Shown: one piece after another, positions 39,280-48,434 of the stretch
Position numbering within the stretch: position 1 is the first letter of the stretch
Layout: each line of letters starts with the position of its first letter
Source: a virus
Taxonomy: Duplodnaviria; Caudoviricetes
Length of the DNA: 64,000 nt
IMG/VR virus record: IMGVR_UViG_3300031857_000014
Strand: one strand, 5' to 3'
Notes under the pieces: generated by a model
Databases searched by the model: none
Told to the model about the DNA's origin: nothing
The model's input: the letters and a program-made list of their open reading frames with translations, nothing else
Position numbers and translations under genes: made by a program

Positions 39280-39790
39280 TTTGGTCCAAAGTTAACGAAA
39301 CTGATGTATCTCTTCCAAATATTTTTACATTAATTTCTACTTTGTTATCCCTAATCTCATTAACTATACCGTGAAATGTTTGAAAAGGACCTTCTAAAAC
39401 CAAAACCTCATCCCCTTTCATTAGTCTTATCCTTTTTGATTCTAAGTGATTCTCCAACGCATCGTCTTTTAGTATTTTTTCAACTTCTTCATTTCTAACC
39501 AAAAGAGGTGTTTTGTCTCCCATCATACCCATGATACCTTCGAACCCTGAAATATACTTTAATTCACTATCATTTAATCTTTTAAATGATTCAAAATATA
39601 AGTAACCACTATAAAGTACTTTCTCTTTAACTATTTTTTTCTCCTTAACTGAAACTGATGTGTGTTCTGTTGGACAAATAAATCTACTAATATTTTCTAT
39701 TTTACCGGTCTGTATTTGTTGATTAAACTGTTCGTTTAATTTTCTTTCTCTACCCGGCATAACTTTTATAACATACCAAAATGATTCCAT
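39263..39790 (-). CDS. nusG: transcription antitermination factor NusG
   Basis: NGN domain (WYVIKVMPGRERK, YSGYLYF) plus KOW (GDEVLVLEGPFQTFHGIV...VKIFGRDTSVSL). Confidence 0.88.
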   Translation of the reverse strand: MESFWYVIKVMPGRERKLNEQFNQQIQTGKIENISRFICPTEHTSVSVKEKKIVKEKVLYSGYLYFESFKRLNDSELKYISGFEGIMGMMGDKTPLLVRNEEVEKILKDDALENHLESKRIRLMKGDEVLVLEGPFQTFHGIVNEIRDNKVEINVKIFGRDTSVSLTLDQIEKTR

Positions 39791-39805
39791 GTAAATAAAT
39801 ATGTT

Positions 39806-40648
39806 TTAATAATTCATTATCAACAATTCAGTACCTTCGTTCTGTGTACCGTCTTTTTTAGCTGCTGCCGCTTTTTTGAAATTCTTATTTTCCCACCTAT
39901 AATTAGTTTGTGGGAACCAAACATTAAGTAGAGGAAAATCATAGTATGATAAACTAAATTTTCCTTTAATGTCTTTTAAACAATTTGCCAATCTTTCATG
40001 GTCATTTCTGTCAAAATCATGATTTGAATAATAATTTTCCGTCTTCCAATATGGTGGATCCATATAAAAATACGTGGTTTCAGAATCGTACTTTTTAACA
40101 ACCAATTCAAAATCCATATTTTCAATAAATGTTATTTTATCAAAATGTTCTCTATATTTTGGATGTTTCAATTTATCCATGAAAATAAGAACCTTACAAC
40201 GATATTTTCCTTTATAGTCGGTATATGATGATGTTTCAGGTTTTGAACCAGAAAAAACTTGCGTTAATACATAGACATATTTACACGCAATCTCAAATTT
40301 GTTTTCTTCTGTTATCACCAAATTATCAACAAATATTTCGGATTGATATTGTTTAAACATTTGTGCGTACTCGGGTGGTGTATCAACTACACCAAGTTGT
40401 TGACAAGGGTATTTAGATAATTCTTCCCAAAGTCTATCATATTCCTTAGTACAACTAAATAAGTTTGCATTAAGACCATTAAAGTCATTATAAACCACAG
40501 TTTTAAGATTTGGGTACTTAGACAGGTCCATATTAAAAAAGACCCAAAACATACCGGAAAACCCCTCTACATAGGTTTCTATATCATTTGGAATGAAAGG
40601 GACAATCCATTTACCAATTCTTGCTTTACCACCAATATAAGATATCAT
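39806..40648 (-). CDS. Dam/D12-class DNA adenine methyltransferase
   Basis: Start MISYIGGK (40648; the track over-extends it); YVEGFSG, VYND, YMDPPY, ELLIMNY. Confidence 0.82.
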   Translation of the reverse strand: MISYIGGKARIGKWIVPFIPNDIETYVEGFSGMFWVFFNMDLSKYPNLKTVVYNDFNGLNANLFSCTKEYDRLWEELSKYPCQQLGVVDTPPEYAQMFKQYQSEIFVDNLVITEENKFEIACKYVYVLTQVFSGSKPETSSYTDYKGKYRCKVLIFMDKLKHPKYREHFDKITFIENMDFELVVKKYDSETTYFYMDPPYWKTENYYSNHDFDRNDHERLANCLKDIKGKFSLSYYDFPLLNVWFPQTNYRWENKNFKKAAAAKKDGTQNEGTELLIMNY

Positions 40649-40731
40649 TGTTCTGTTTTTAAAAATTATAAACAAAAAAAACGATAAAAAAAAATGCTTT
40701 GAAAATTGAATAAAATAGTATATATTATGAT

Positions 40732-40893
40732 ATGGCATGTTCAAATTGTAAACAAAAAAACAAAGAAGTTATTGGTGAAGAAAAATTTCAAAGAAGAGCC
40801 GACTTTGTTGATAAATGGGGTGGTTGGTTTATCTTAGTTTGGTTTCTTTTGGGTTTATATGGTCTTTTCTCATTGATATCTAAATTTTTATGA
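40732..40893 (+). CDS. 53 aa CxxC + TM peptide, not in the ORF track
   Basis: Hand translation MACSNCKQKNKEVIGEEKFQRRADFVDKWGGWFILVWFLLGLYGLFSLISKFL*; ATGA overlap with the 40890 gene. Confidence 0.65.
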   Translation: MACSNCKQKNKEVIGEEKFQRRADFVDKWGGWFILVWFLLGLYGLFSLISKFL

Positions 40894-41528
40894 AAAACGG
40901 AAAATATTTCATAGTTCTTTTCTGTAATAAGAAAAGAATAAAAATTTTATTCCGGTGTATGAAAAGAACCACTGTTTATGAGTATTGGAGAGAATTCAAG
41001 ACTCAGAAAAAACCTGCATTTGTTCAAGAACAAGGTGGTAAAAGACAACAAAAACTTCACTTTGAATTAGGACTTATTTTCCCAAATAATAGATGGGCCA
41101 CAAAAACTTATGTCAGAGATAGTTTAGGTAGAAACGTAGAAGCAAAAATTGAAGATAATAAGTTCAGAATTAAAGAAATTATTCCATATTGGAAAGAAGA
41201 ACTTATTTATGATTTTAACACTAAAAAAAGAATTCGATACCATCAAATGATGGAATATATTAATTCAGTAACAGAAATTGCTCAGATATTCACACTTAAT
41301 AATAAATTGTTTGTTCAGATAGAAAACGATGTGAGATTATTTGGTAACAAAAATATTGAAGACGCTAACAGATTATTTGAAATTGTAAAAAATGATTTAC
41401 TAAGTAAAAAGAAAACAAATTTTATATTTGTAAAAGATATTACAACACACCAAAGAAGTTTACTCTATAAAATGTTGGAAGATAAAGGGTATAAAAGAAC
41501 AGAATTATTTAGACACTACTCGTATTAA
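40890..41528 (+). CDS. hypothetical protein
   Basis: 212 aa basic ORF. Confidence 0.6.
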   Translation: MKNGKYFIVLFCNKKRIKILFRCMKRTTVYEYWREFKTQKKPAFVQEQGGKRQQKLHFELGLIFPNNRWATKTYVRDSLGRNVEAKIEDNKFRIKEIIPYWKEELIYDFNTKKRIRYHQMMEYINSVTEIAQIFTLNNKLFVQIENDVRLFGNKNIEDANRLFEIVKNDLLSKKKTNFIFVKDITTHQRSLLYKMLEDKGYKRTELFRHYSY

Positions 41529-41748
41529 AAAGAATATCAACCGTTCCAATAGTTATATTAAAACTTGATTTAGGTTTTTCTAATTTTTTTGCATATTTCT
41601 GTTCGACTAAATTGAAAACTCTGTCAAATTCATTTTCACTTACTTCTACAATTATTGTTCTCGATTTAGATTCAATATTCATTTTTTCCAATAAATCTGA
41701 TACTATAGCCAATTGATTTAATAAATCACCTTTTTTTTCCATATCCAA
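41509..41748 (-). CDS. hypothetical protein
   Basis: 79 aa ORF. Confidence 0.5.
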   Translation of the reverse strand: MDMEKKGDLLNQLAIVSDLLEKMNIESKSRTIIVEVSENEFDRVFNLVEQKYAKKLEKPKSSFNITIGTVDILFNTSSV

Positions 41749-41923
41749 ATATTAACAATATTTTTTGTAACATTGTTTTTTTAGGTTCGGGTGCGAACAT
41801 TTTTGTTTTGTCTAATTTTTTTATATCCTCAATCATTTTCTCCTTGTGGCTCTGTATCTCCAAATTGTCCTTCGACATCTCCTTGTTCAACCATTCCAAT
41901 CCTTGGTGTAATCTCTTGTCCAT
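41726..41923 (-). CDS. hypothetical protein
   Basis: 65 aa ORF overlapping its neighbours. Confidence 0.45.
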   Translation of the reverse strand: MDKRLHQGLEWLNKEMSKDNLEIQSHKEKMIEDIKKLDKTKMFAPEPKKTMLQKILLIFGYGKKR

Positions 41924-42284
41924 AATCGTTCAATAAATTTATATCTTTTAATTTACTTAATGATTCTTTTTGAAATAACTCTTGCAATTCTTTTACTTTC
42001 TGCTGAAACAATCTTTGTTTTTCTTCTTCCTCTTTATTAATCGTGATAATTTCATTCGCACAACTTATTACAACATCGTATCCTTCCTGATTGGCATTAG
42101 AAATTAATGACAACAAACTAAATTTATCGTTTTTGTCTTGAACTTTAGTTTTTACTGACCTATAAGGTGCAACTATTACATCATATTTCCAATTTAGAGG
42201 TAATTTAATATCTAAACTTACATTGTTATCAATTTCCCGTAATGAGAAAAAATATGGTTTTAGTGATTTTATTGTTTCGAACAT
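41829..42284 (-). CDS. hypothetical protein
   Basis: 151 aa ORF. Confidence 0.55.
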   Translation of the reverse strand: MFETIKSLKPYFFSLREIDNNVSLDIKLPLNWKYDVIVAPYRSVKTKVQDKNDKFSLLSLISNANQEGYDVVISCANEIITINKEEEEKQRLFQQKVKELQELFQKESLSKLKDINLLNDYGQEITPRIGMVEQGDVEGQFGDTEPQGEND

Positions 42285-42291
42285 AAATGTG

Positions 42292-42471
42292 TTAAATGAG
42301 AAAATAAGTTATAAAATAAGATATTGCAAAATATAAGAAAACTTGATTAGTATTAGAAACTTTTAACACTGATGGATTGTTATCCATTAATTTTAAAACG
42401 AACTCCACAACAAATCTTAAAATATATACAATACTTAAAATAAATAAAAATGTTTTAATTTCCTGTGTCAT
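42292..42471 (-). CDS. 59 aa 2-TM protein, not in the ORF track
   Basis: Hand translation MTQEIKTFLFILSIVYILRFVVEFVLKLMDNNPSVLKVSNTNQVFLYFAISYFITYFLI*; fills the gap exactly. Confidence 0.55.
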   Translation of the reverse strand: MTQEIKTFLFILSIVYILRFVVEFVLKLMDNNPSVLKVSNTNQVFLYFAISYFITYFLI

Positions 42472-42643
42472 GTTTTTTAATTTCGTCTAAAATTTCCTTC
42501 CTATATTTAGGAATTAATGTTTTTATTTCTTGTGCGTATTTTCTTGCCCTAATAGATGCACTGTGATTACCTTTATCAAAAACTTTTCGGGTTTCAACAG
42601 ACATTTTTTCAACAAGTTCTTTTATTTCTTTTAACGTATCCAT
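42455..42643 (-). CDS. histone H1-like Hc1-family nucleoid protein (short Bacteroidetes type)
   Basis: KVFDKGNHSASIRARKYAQEIK...RKEI matches the short Hc1 pattern KFxxKGNxAAxxRARK. Confidence 0.7.
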   Translation of the reverse strand: MDTLKEIKELVEKMSVETRKVFDKGNHSASIRARKYAQEIKTLIPKYRKEILDEIKKHDTGN

Positions 42644-42683
42644 AATAATATCCTGTTTTAAATATTAATATACGGATTTTTTT

Positions 42684-43139
42684 CTACTTTTTCAAGTTAT
42701 TTTCAAACATTTTATAAACTTCTATCACCACATCAAGTTCGGATCTGGTTTTTTGATATTTTAAATCAAATAACTTGAACAAATACTCAGATATTTTTAC
42801 TTTTTCACCATCAAGTTGAACAAAATAATATGCTTCTAAGAAGAAATTCCAAAAATACTCATAATGATTACCCCGGGATTTAAAATGTATTTTTTCCTTA
42901 TTAAATGAATTTATAATTCTGTCCCAACACCATGTAAAATGACCTCTTTGATCCTTTTCATATATCAATACGTCAGGACCTAAATAAGTTTCTTCAACTA
43001 AATCGTATAAGGAAATTAGAAAGTCGTAAAAAAGTTCTGTTTTTTCACGACTTATATTGTACGCTTTACACCAAATATCAATTTGATGTTTATAACTTTC
43101 TGATGTAATATACTCCATAAAATCCTCATTATTTTCCAT
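42684..43139 (-). CDS. hypothetical protein
   Basis: 151 aa aromatic-rich ORF. Confidence 0.6.
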   Translation of the reverse strand: MENNEDFMEYITSESYKHQIDIWCKAYNISREKTELFYDFLISLYDLVEETYLGPDVLIYEKDQRGHFTWCWDRIINSFNKEKIHFKSRGNHYEYFWNFFLEAYYFVQLDGEKVKISEYLFKLFDLKYQKTRSELDVVIEVYKMFENNLKK

Positions 43140-43188
43140 AACCTATATTAAATTTAATATAAGGATAAAAGAAAATAAAAAGAAGATA

Positions 43189-44634
43189 TTACTGAGTTTT
43201 TTTGTTATAAGATAACAAGTGTTTCATTTTATTCATTTCTTCTAATAAAACACCTGGCACTTTTTTTTCTGATTCTTTAACAATTTTTACAGGTTGAGCA
43301 TCTTTGTTGTACATCGGTGCTTCTTTTCTCTTCTTCTCTTTTCTTTCTGCATTTTTAGCGACATTCTTACCTAAATCACTTTTAACAACATTTGCAGCAT
43401 CCTGTGAATTACCCATAGTTGAATGACCTTCTAACGCCTTTTTTAATCTATCCTTAAATTTATCTGATGGTTCAAATTCATATCTTAAATCTTGTAATCC
43501 ACCTCCTCTATTATCACTTATAAATTCTTCTTCTTCACTTGTTCTTTTTACAGTTGCTTTTTCACCTTTACCAATTTGTTTAGGGAATTCTGGATTGTCA
43601 TTATTGTTAAAAGAAGCTGCTTTTTTCATCTTATCACCAACACTCTTAATATATTCGTCATTGTCTTTTTTACTTCCTTTTTGTGCTTTTTTGGTAACTT
43701 CTAATCCACGAACAGATTCTTTTACCATACCCTTAATAATATCAACTAATTCAGACTCAGTTACACGAATTTTTTTCTTTGATTCCATCATTGAACCACA
43801 TTCCATACACATTCCTTCTTTCATTTCACTTCCACACTCATTACATGTTTGTTTTTCTTCATACATGTCTGTTTCATTCACTTCATCTTCAAAATCATAA
43901 TCATCATCTCCCATATCTTCAATGTGAGGTGTTTCCATACCTGTACCACCACAACCTTTACATTCATGACCCATAGAGTCCACACCAGCACCTTGACATT
44001 TCATACACTCAAGGTCACTAAAGTCATCACCTTCAACATGTGAAGGGTGTAATTCCATTAAATGACGATGTAAAGACTCTTTTAAACTCTTTTCTGAAGT
44101 TTTATTTGTTATTCCAAAATACTCTTCTTCACTTATTTCTTCTTCTTCCATTTGACCACATTCCATACAATCTTCTCCTTCACCCATTTCTTCTTCATAA
44201 TTCATCATTTCTTCTTCTTCCAAACTTTGCCATGATTCTTTTACGTCATATTCTTCACCGTCAACGGTAAATGTATCTTCTCCAGCTTCTTTAGCTTTAT
44301 TTAATGCGGCAACAAATGCATTACCTTCCATTGGTTCTTGATGTTTCATATCTGTATTTTCTTTTTCTTGTAGTTTTTCACCCATTTCATCTAATTTATC
44401 AATCATTTCTTCGTATGATTCGTACATACCTTTTTCGATTATAAATTGTTTACCTGGATGGTCTTTTTTATAAATATCTAAATGACTTTCAGCTTCTTCT
44501 TTTGTTTTAAATGTATCAACTAATTGTCCTTCACATTTTATGTGAAACACATCTTTTCCTTCGTTGAGAATATTCTTCTTAACCTCATCGTAAAGAAAAC
44601 TTTCCACAATGTTCATTAATTCATTTGCTTTCAT
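43189..44634 (-). CDS. acidic putative prohead core/scaffold-like protein with zinc-finger motifs
   Basis: E/M-rich; CMKCQGAG...CKGCGGTG; CMECG twice plus CNECG; internal KKIRVTESELVDIIKGMVKE. Confidence 0.5.
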   Translation of the reverse strand: MKANELMNIVESFLYDEVKKNILNEGKDVFHIKCEGQLVDTFKTKEEAESHLDIYKKDHPGKQFIIEKGMYESYEEMIDKLDEMGEKLQEKENTDMKHQEPMEGNAFVAALNKAKEAGEDTFTVDGEEYDVKESWQSLEEEEMMNYEEEMGEGEDCMECGQMEEEEISEEEYFGITNKTSEKSLKESLHRHLMELHPSHVEGDDFSDLECMKCQGAGVDSMGHECKGCGGTGMETPHIEDMGDDDYDFEDEVNETDMYEEKQTCNECGSEMKEGMCMECGSMMESKKKIRVTESELVDIIKGMVKESVRGLEVTKKAQKGSKKDNDEYIKSVGDKMKKAASFNNNDNPEFPKQIGKGEKATVKRTSEEEEFISDNRGGGLQDLRYEFEPSDKFKDRLKKALEGHSTMGNSQDAANVVKSDLGKNVAKNAERKEKKRKEAPMYNKDAQPVKIVKESEKKVPGVLLEEMNKMKHLLSYNKKTQ

Positions 44635-44635
44635 A

Positions 44636-45592
44636 TCAAATAAATATCTGTTTTATTTCATTTAATACTAAATTTTCGATTTCAGTCTTAGGAATTCCTG
44701 TTTTTTTAGATATTTCATCGATAGATTCCCTTAAAACTTCCAATGCGTTAATATCACCCTGATTACAATAAGGAAATTTCTTACATTTATCCTTAATTTT
44801 TATAAAAACTCCACCGGGACCACCCCATTTAGGGAAATTCTTATCTTTAACCGCTCTACTGTTCTTAATTGAGTCTGGTCCTTTAATTTCTAACGGATTT
44901 TTACGACCTTTTGTTGTTGAACCTAAAAAAGGTACATCGTAAGAACCTGAAGAACTTGCATCTGTTGCTTCATCCAATTCAGTATCGAAATTTGGTATAT
45001 TAGTGATTTTTCTCTTAATTACTTTCCCACCAAAAGCACCAGCTTCAAATGAACCAGATGAATCTGCACCCATCGATTCTTTTGCCTCCACTTTTTTTAA
45101 TTTAGTATAATAATTTGGGTCTTCCGATAGGTGATCAAGTGCAATTTCTTTTGCTTTTTCTTTACTTTTGGTATGTTCCATTTCAACCTTCATTCCCATA
45201 CTCAATTGCTTTTTCAATAAAGTAATCATATTGTCAGTATCATGGTACTTTTTTTTACTATGTTTCTTAGCAATATCTTCAAGTGTTTTATTATCACTTA
45301 AACCACCTTTTAATTTTTCTCCTTCATTAACTTTTTTCTTTCTACCTTGACAATGTGCTCTTTGACTAAACCCTTTAGGGTTATTGCAATCAATTGAACG
45401 TTTGTATTTTTGTGACCATTTTTCTTCTACTTCTGTCTTTTCTTCACTTCCTTTAGAAATATATTCATCAATCCAAGATTGTAATTCATTTACGTTTGGA
45501 CTATGGTCTTTACCTTTTTTTCTTGTAATATCCTTATGTGCTAAACTCACTAATTTTAATATATCTTCTTTAGAATAATTTTTCTTTTTCAT
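44636..45592 (-). CDS. putative head protein with DUF5661-like module
   Basis: MGMKVEMEHT...AKEIALDHLSEDPNYYTKL; KWSQKYKRSIDCNNPKGFSQRAHC. Confidence 0.6.
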   Translation of the reverse strand: MKKKNYSKEDILKLVSLAHKDITRKKGKDHSPNVNELQSWIDEYISKGSEEKTEVEEKWSQKYKRSIDCNNPKGFSQRAHCQGRKKKVNEGEKLKGGLSDNKTLEDIAKKHSKKKYHDTDNMITLLKKQLSMGMKVEMEHTKSKEKAKEIALDHLSEDPNYYTKLKKVEAKESMGADSSGSFEAGAFGGKVIKRKITNIPNFDTELDEATDASSSGSYDVPFLGSTTKGRKNPLEIKGPDSIKNSRAVKDKNFPKWGGPGGVFIKIKDKCKKFPYCNQGDINALEVLRESIDEISKKTGIPKTEIENLVLNEIKQIFI

Positions 45593-45831
45593 TATCTTAC
45601 ACTTTTAAGGGATTGTTCCCAAAATGACTTTTTTTGCCATAATGTTTTGAACAATTCGACAACAACTTTAGTAGATAAGTCTACGATTTTATCGTCTATC
45701 TTTTTCGTTCCCAATTCGTCTTGAATTACTTTAACAACGATTTTATGTGCTTGTGTTGAGTCCATAAAATCTTTAATCTCTTTCTTAACTATTTTTTCAA
45801 TTTCTCTCTTATCTTCGTTTGTTAGTGCCAT
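45592..45831 (-). CDS. hypothetical protein
   Basis: 79 aa helical ORF. Confidence 0.6.
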   Translation of the reverse strand: MALTNEDKREIEKIVKKEIKDFMDSTQAHKIVVKVIQDELGTKKIDDKIVDLSTKVVVELFKTLWQKKSFWEQSLKSVR

Positions 45832-46358
45832 TATACATTTGTTTGTCTTTGTATTATCAGTGGTTCCATACCATCTTTAAACACCTTCTCAAATTTTACT
45901 AACTTATCTAATAGTATCATAACTTCTTCAGATAACTCTAACATGTCACTATTCATATACAAACCTCCATCCTCTCCAGCGATAAATACAAAATTTATCT
46001 CTTCATCGGTTAATGTACCATCTAATCTTATTTGTTTTTCAGTAATCGTAAAACCAGGTTCAAAATCAACTATTTGAGAAACTTGTGTTCTAAAATTATC
46101 AATCATAGATGAAATACCTGTTTTTTGTTTTTCATCAAGTTTCATATCAGATTTATCACTGGATATTAATTTGGTCTCGACATCATTTATTACAATTACG
46201 TCACTTTTTTCATCAGTTCCGTCTGTACTAAAATCTGTTTTTTCTTCCTCCTCTTTTATAATGTTTTGAGGATTCTTAGATTCTTTAATTGTTCTGATGG
46301 TTTTAAGCATACCTCTTATCTCATCGTAACTATTATTTGTTTTCTTCTGTATTGACAT
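45831..46358 (-). CDS. hypothetical protein with leader
   Basis: SYDEIRGMLKTIRTIKE|S...IIKE|E. Confidence 0.6.
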   Translation of the reverse strand: MSIQKKTNNSYDEIRGMLKTIRTIKESKNPQNIIKEEEEKTDFSTDGTDEKSDVIVINDVETKLISSDKSDMKLDEKQKTGISSMIDNFRTQVSQIVDFEPGFTITEKQIRLDGTLTDEEINFVFIAGEDGGLYMNSDMLELSEEVMILLDKLVKFEKVFKDGMEPLIIQRQTNV

Positions 46359-46947
46359 AAAATTTTTTAAAATTAAAAGAAGGGTTTATATCTGTATAAA
46401 TATTTGAAAAATTGGATTTACATACAATTCCACGGAAATTATGAATGTTTTTATCATATTCTTGTGAGGGTACTATATTATATGGTATATTATGTTCATT
46501 ACAAATACTTTCGCATAATTCAACCAGTGAATCTATTTGATTATCTTCATATTTGTCCCAAAAAAAATGATTTCTCCAATTTGAAGTGGCGGGTACTGAC
46601 CTGTATGGGTCTTCTATCCAATTGTGTAAAATTCCGGTTATGGTGTTTTTATTTAACCAACCTAAATTTTCTATAGCAATTTTGATAAATCTCTTATCTA
46701 ATTTATTATCATTAAAAGTTCTTGAATAATAATTAGTGTCAAATACTTTGTAAACTAATCCTAACTTAGAAACAATAAAATGTGGGATATCTTCGTATTT
46801 TCCGTTCTTACGATACTTTAATTTACTAATAAAATCGTCAATTCTTCTATTAGTGTCGTATAAAAAAATTTGATTTTTTTTTACTCTTCTTTTGACTACG
46901 TTTAGTTTTTTGTTATCTAACGTGTCTACGTTGTGAATTACCAACAT
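46333..46947 (-). CDS. Amidase_2-like fold protein, probably catalytically degenerate
   Basis: [37 protein letters not shown]; first and last zinc-ligand His positions not evident. Confidence 0.55.
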   Translation of the reverse strand: MLVIHNVDTLDNKKLNVVKRRVKKNQIFLYDTNRRIDDFISKLKYRKNGKYEDIPHFIVSKLGLVYKVFDTNYYSRTFNDNKLDKRFIKIAIENLGWLNKNTITGILHNWIEDPYRSVPATSNWRNHFFWDKYEDNQIDSLVELCESICNEHNIPYNIVPSQEYDKNIHNFRGIVCKSNFSNIYTDINPSFNFKKFYVNTEENK

Positions 46948-48133
46948 TTCTCAAAACTGTTTTTTTATTTCCTTTTATTAATATCGGTTTTGGTGAATTT
47001 GTTGGTTTGTTAACGTCATTTCCAACTAAATGGATTGAATCCAAAAGTTTTGTTGGTTCCTCTGATAATATTTCGAAGTTTTTTTTTTCTTCCATAGTTT
47101 GGTCGTCACTATCAGTTGGAATTGGTGTTGGAGTATGGGTAGGTTCTGGTGTGGGGGTTGGTGTTGGAGTATCCGTTGGTTCAGGTGTGGGTGTATGGGT
47201 AGGTTCTGGTGTTGGAGTATCCGTTGGTGTGGGGGTAGGTGTTGGTGTATCTGTTGGTACGGGGGTGGATGTTAATTCAGGTGTTGATATGGGTGTTTCA
47301 GTAGGATTAAAAAGATTATTAAACCAAACAGGTGTTGCTGTAGGTTCAGGAATTAAGTTTTTTTTTTCTTCGTCCTCTATTACTTCTTTTTCTGATTCAT
47401 TCTCAGGTTTAATATCCAAATCGGAAACTTCATCATCCGGTGGTATTGAATTAATAATGTCTTCATTTTTTGTCAACATCATTTCAGATGCGGTTTTTGG
47501 TGCCTGAGATGGTTTTATCAAAACTTCTTCCAATTTTTTCAACTCTTCGTTAGTAGGTGTATATTTTTGTTTTTCTTTTTCTGCTTCAATTTTACCTGCT
47601 TGTTTACTAATTTCTTCAATATCAACTACGGGTTGTACATTTGGTTCTACGGTTTGTTGTTTTTTCTTTTCCTCTTCAGTAAACTTAACTAACATATGAA
47701 GGAAAGACAATGAAATAATTGGTAACATACCTCCAGCAAATAATGCTAAAAATCTTTTGTGTCCAACAAAATCATTATTATCAACACCCATAAATTCTAC
47801 AATAGGTGAAACCATACCTACCCAATCTTGAAACGATTTACTTTCGATGTCGATAAAACTATATGCAAAAAATATATTTCCAATAAATTGAATTATGGTT
47901 ACAATAGCAAAAGGGAAATACACTTTTTTTCCCATATTTGCAGATAACGCGGCTAATGTTGATAATGCAGCAATTTCAATACCTACTGAAAGATAAATTG
48001 ACCACGTTACCGGATTTGATATTCCATACCATTTTGTTACGTGTGAAATAGATACTATTGCAACTGTAAAGATTGGTATTAAAAATGCAGCAATTATTAA
48101 TGTTTTATAATTTTTCTGTAACCAAGTTTTCAT
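46913..48133 (-). CDS. multi-TM membrane protein with Pro/Thr-rich linker
   Basis: Four N-terminal TM helices; (PT)n/PEPTHT repeats. Confidence 0.7.
   Translation of the reverse strand: MKTWLQKNYKTLIIAAFLIPIFTVAIVSISHVTKWYGISNPVTWSIYLSVGIEIAALSTLAALSANMGKKVYFPFAIVTIIQFIGNIFFAYSFIDIESKSFQDWVGMVSPIVEFMGVDNNDFVGHKRFLALFAGGMLPIISLSFLHMLVKFTEEEKKKQQTVEPNVQPVVDIEEISKQAGKIEAEKEKQKYTPTNEELKKLEEVLIKPSQAPKTASEMMLTKNEDIINSIPPDDEVSDLDIKPENESEKEVIEDEEKKNLIPEPTATPVWFNNLFNPTETPISTPELTSTPVPTDTPTPTPTPTDTPTPEPTHTPTPEPTDTPTPTPTPEPTHTPTPIPTDSDDQTMEEKKNFEILSEEPTKLLDSIHLVGNDVNKPTNSPKPILIKGNKKTVLRNVGNSQRRHVR
47110..47290 (-). repeat. Pro-Thr coding tandem repeat
   Basis: [45 protein letters not shown]; boundaries approximate. 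Confidence 0.85.
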
Positions 48134-48134
48134 A

Positions 48135-48422
48135 TTACTTTAATTTCCCTTCAAGTGTAGTTATTTCTTGGTCAATTTGTGTTTGTCTATTAACATCAAG
48201 AATTTTACGATCGGTAGACTGAATCATTCTTTTCTCTGATTTCAAACCTTCAATTTGTAGTCTGATATCCAATTCTTTTTTATTGTAAGTAGAATCATTT
48301 AAATCCTTTAATTCTTTTCTAATTTTAGAAATTTCTCTACTATCACCACATGATTTAAAAAATGATAATAGTATAATCACTAAAACAATAATTGTGAATT
48401 TTTCTTCAATAAATTTTTTCAT
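48135..48422 (-). CDS. putative lipoprotein/membrane-anchored coiled-coil
   Basis: Hydrophobic segment ending FFKSCG, then coiled coil. Confidence 0.5.
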   Translation of the reverse strand: MKKFIEEKFTIIVLVIILLSFFKSCGDSREISKIRKELKDLNDSTYNKKELDIRLQIEGLKSEKRMIQSTDRKILDVNRQTQIDQEITTLEGKLK

Positions 48423-48434
48423 AATTTTTTTATT

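Noticed and set aside
40649-40744. N-terminal extension of the Dam-like ORF in the track
   Set aside because: It spans an AT-rich divergent promoter region and the start of the 40732 ORF; family similarity begins at MISYIGGK.
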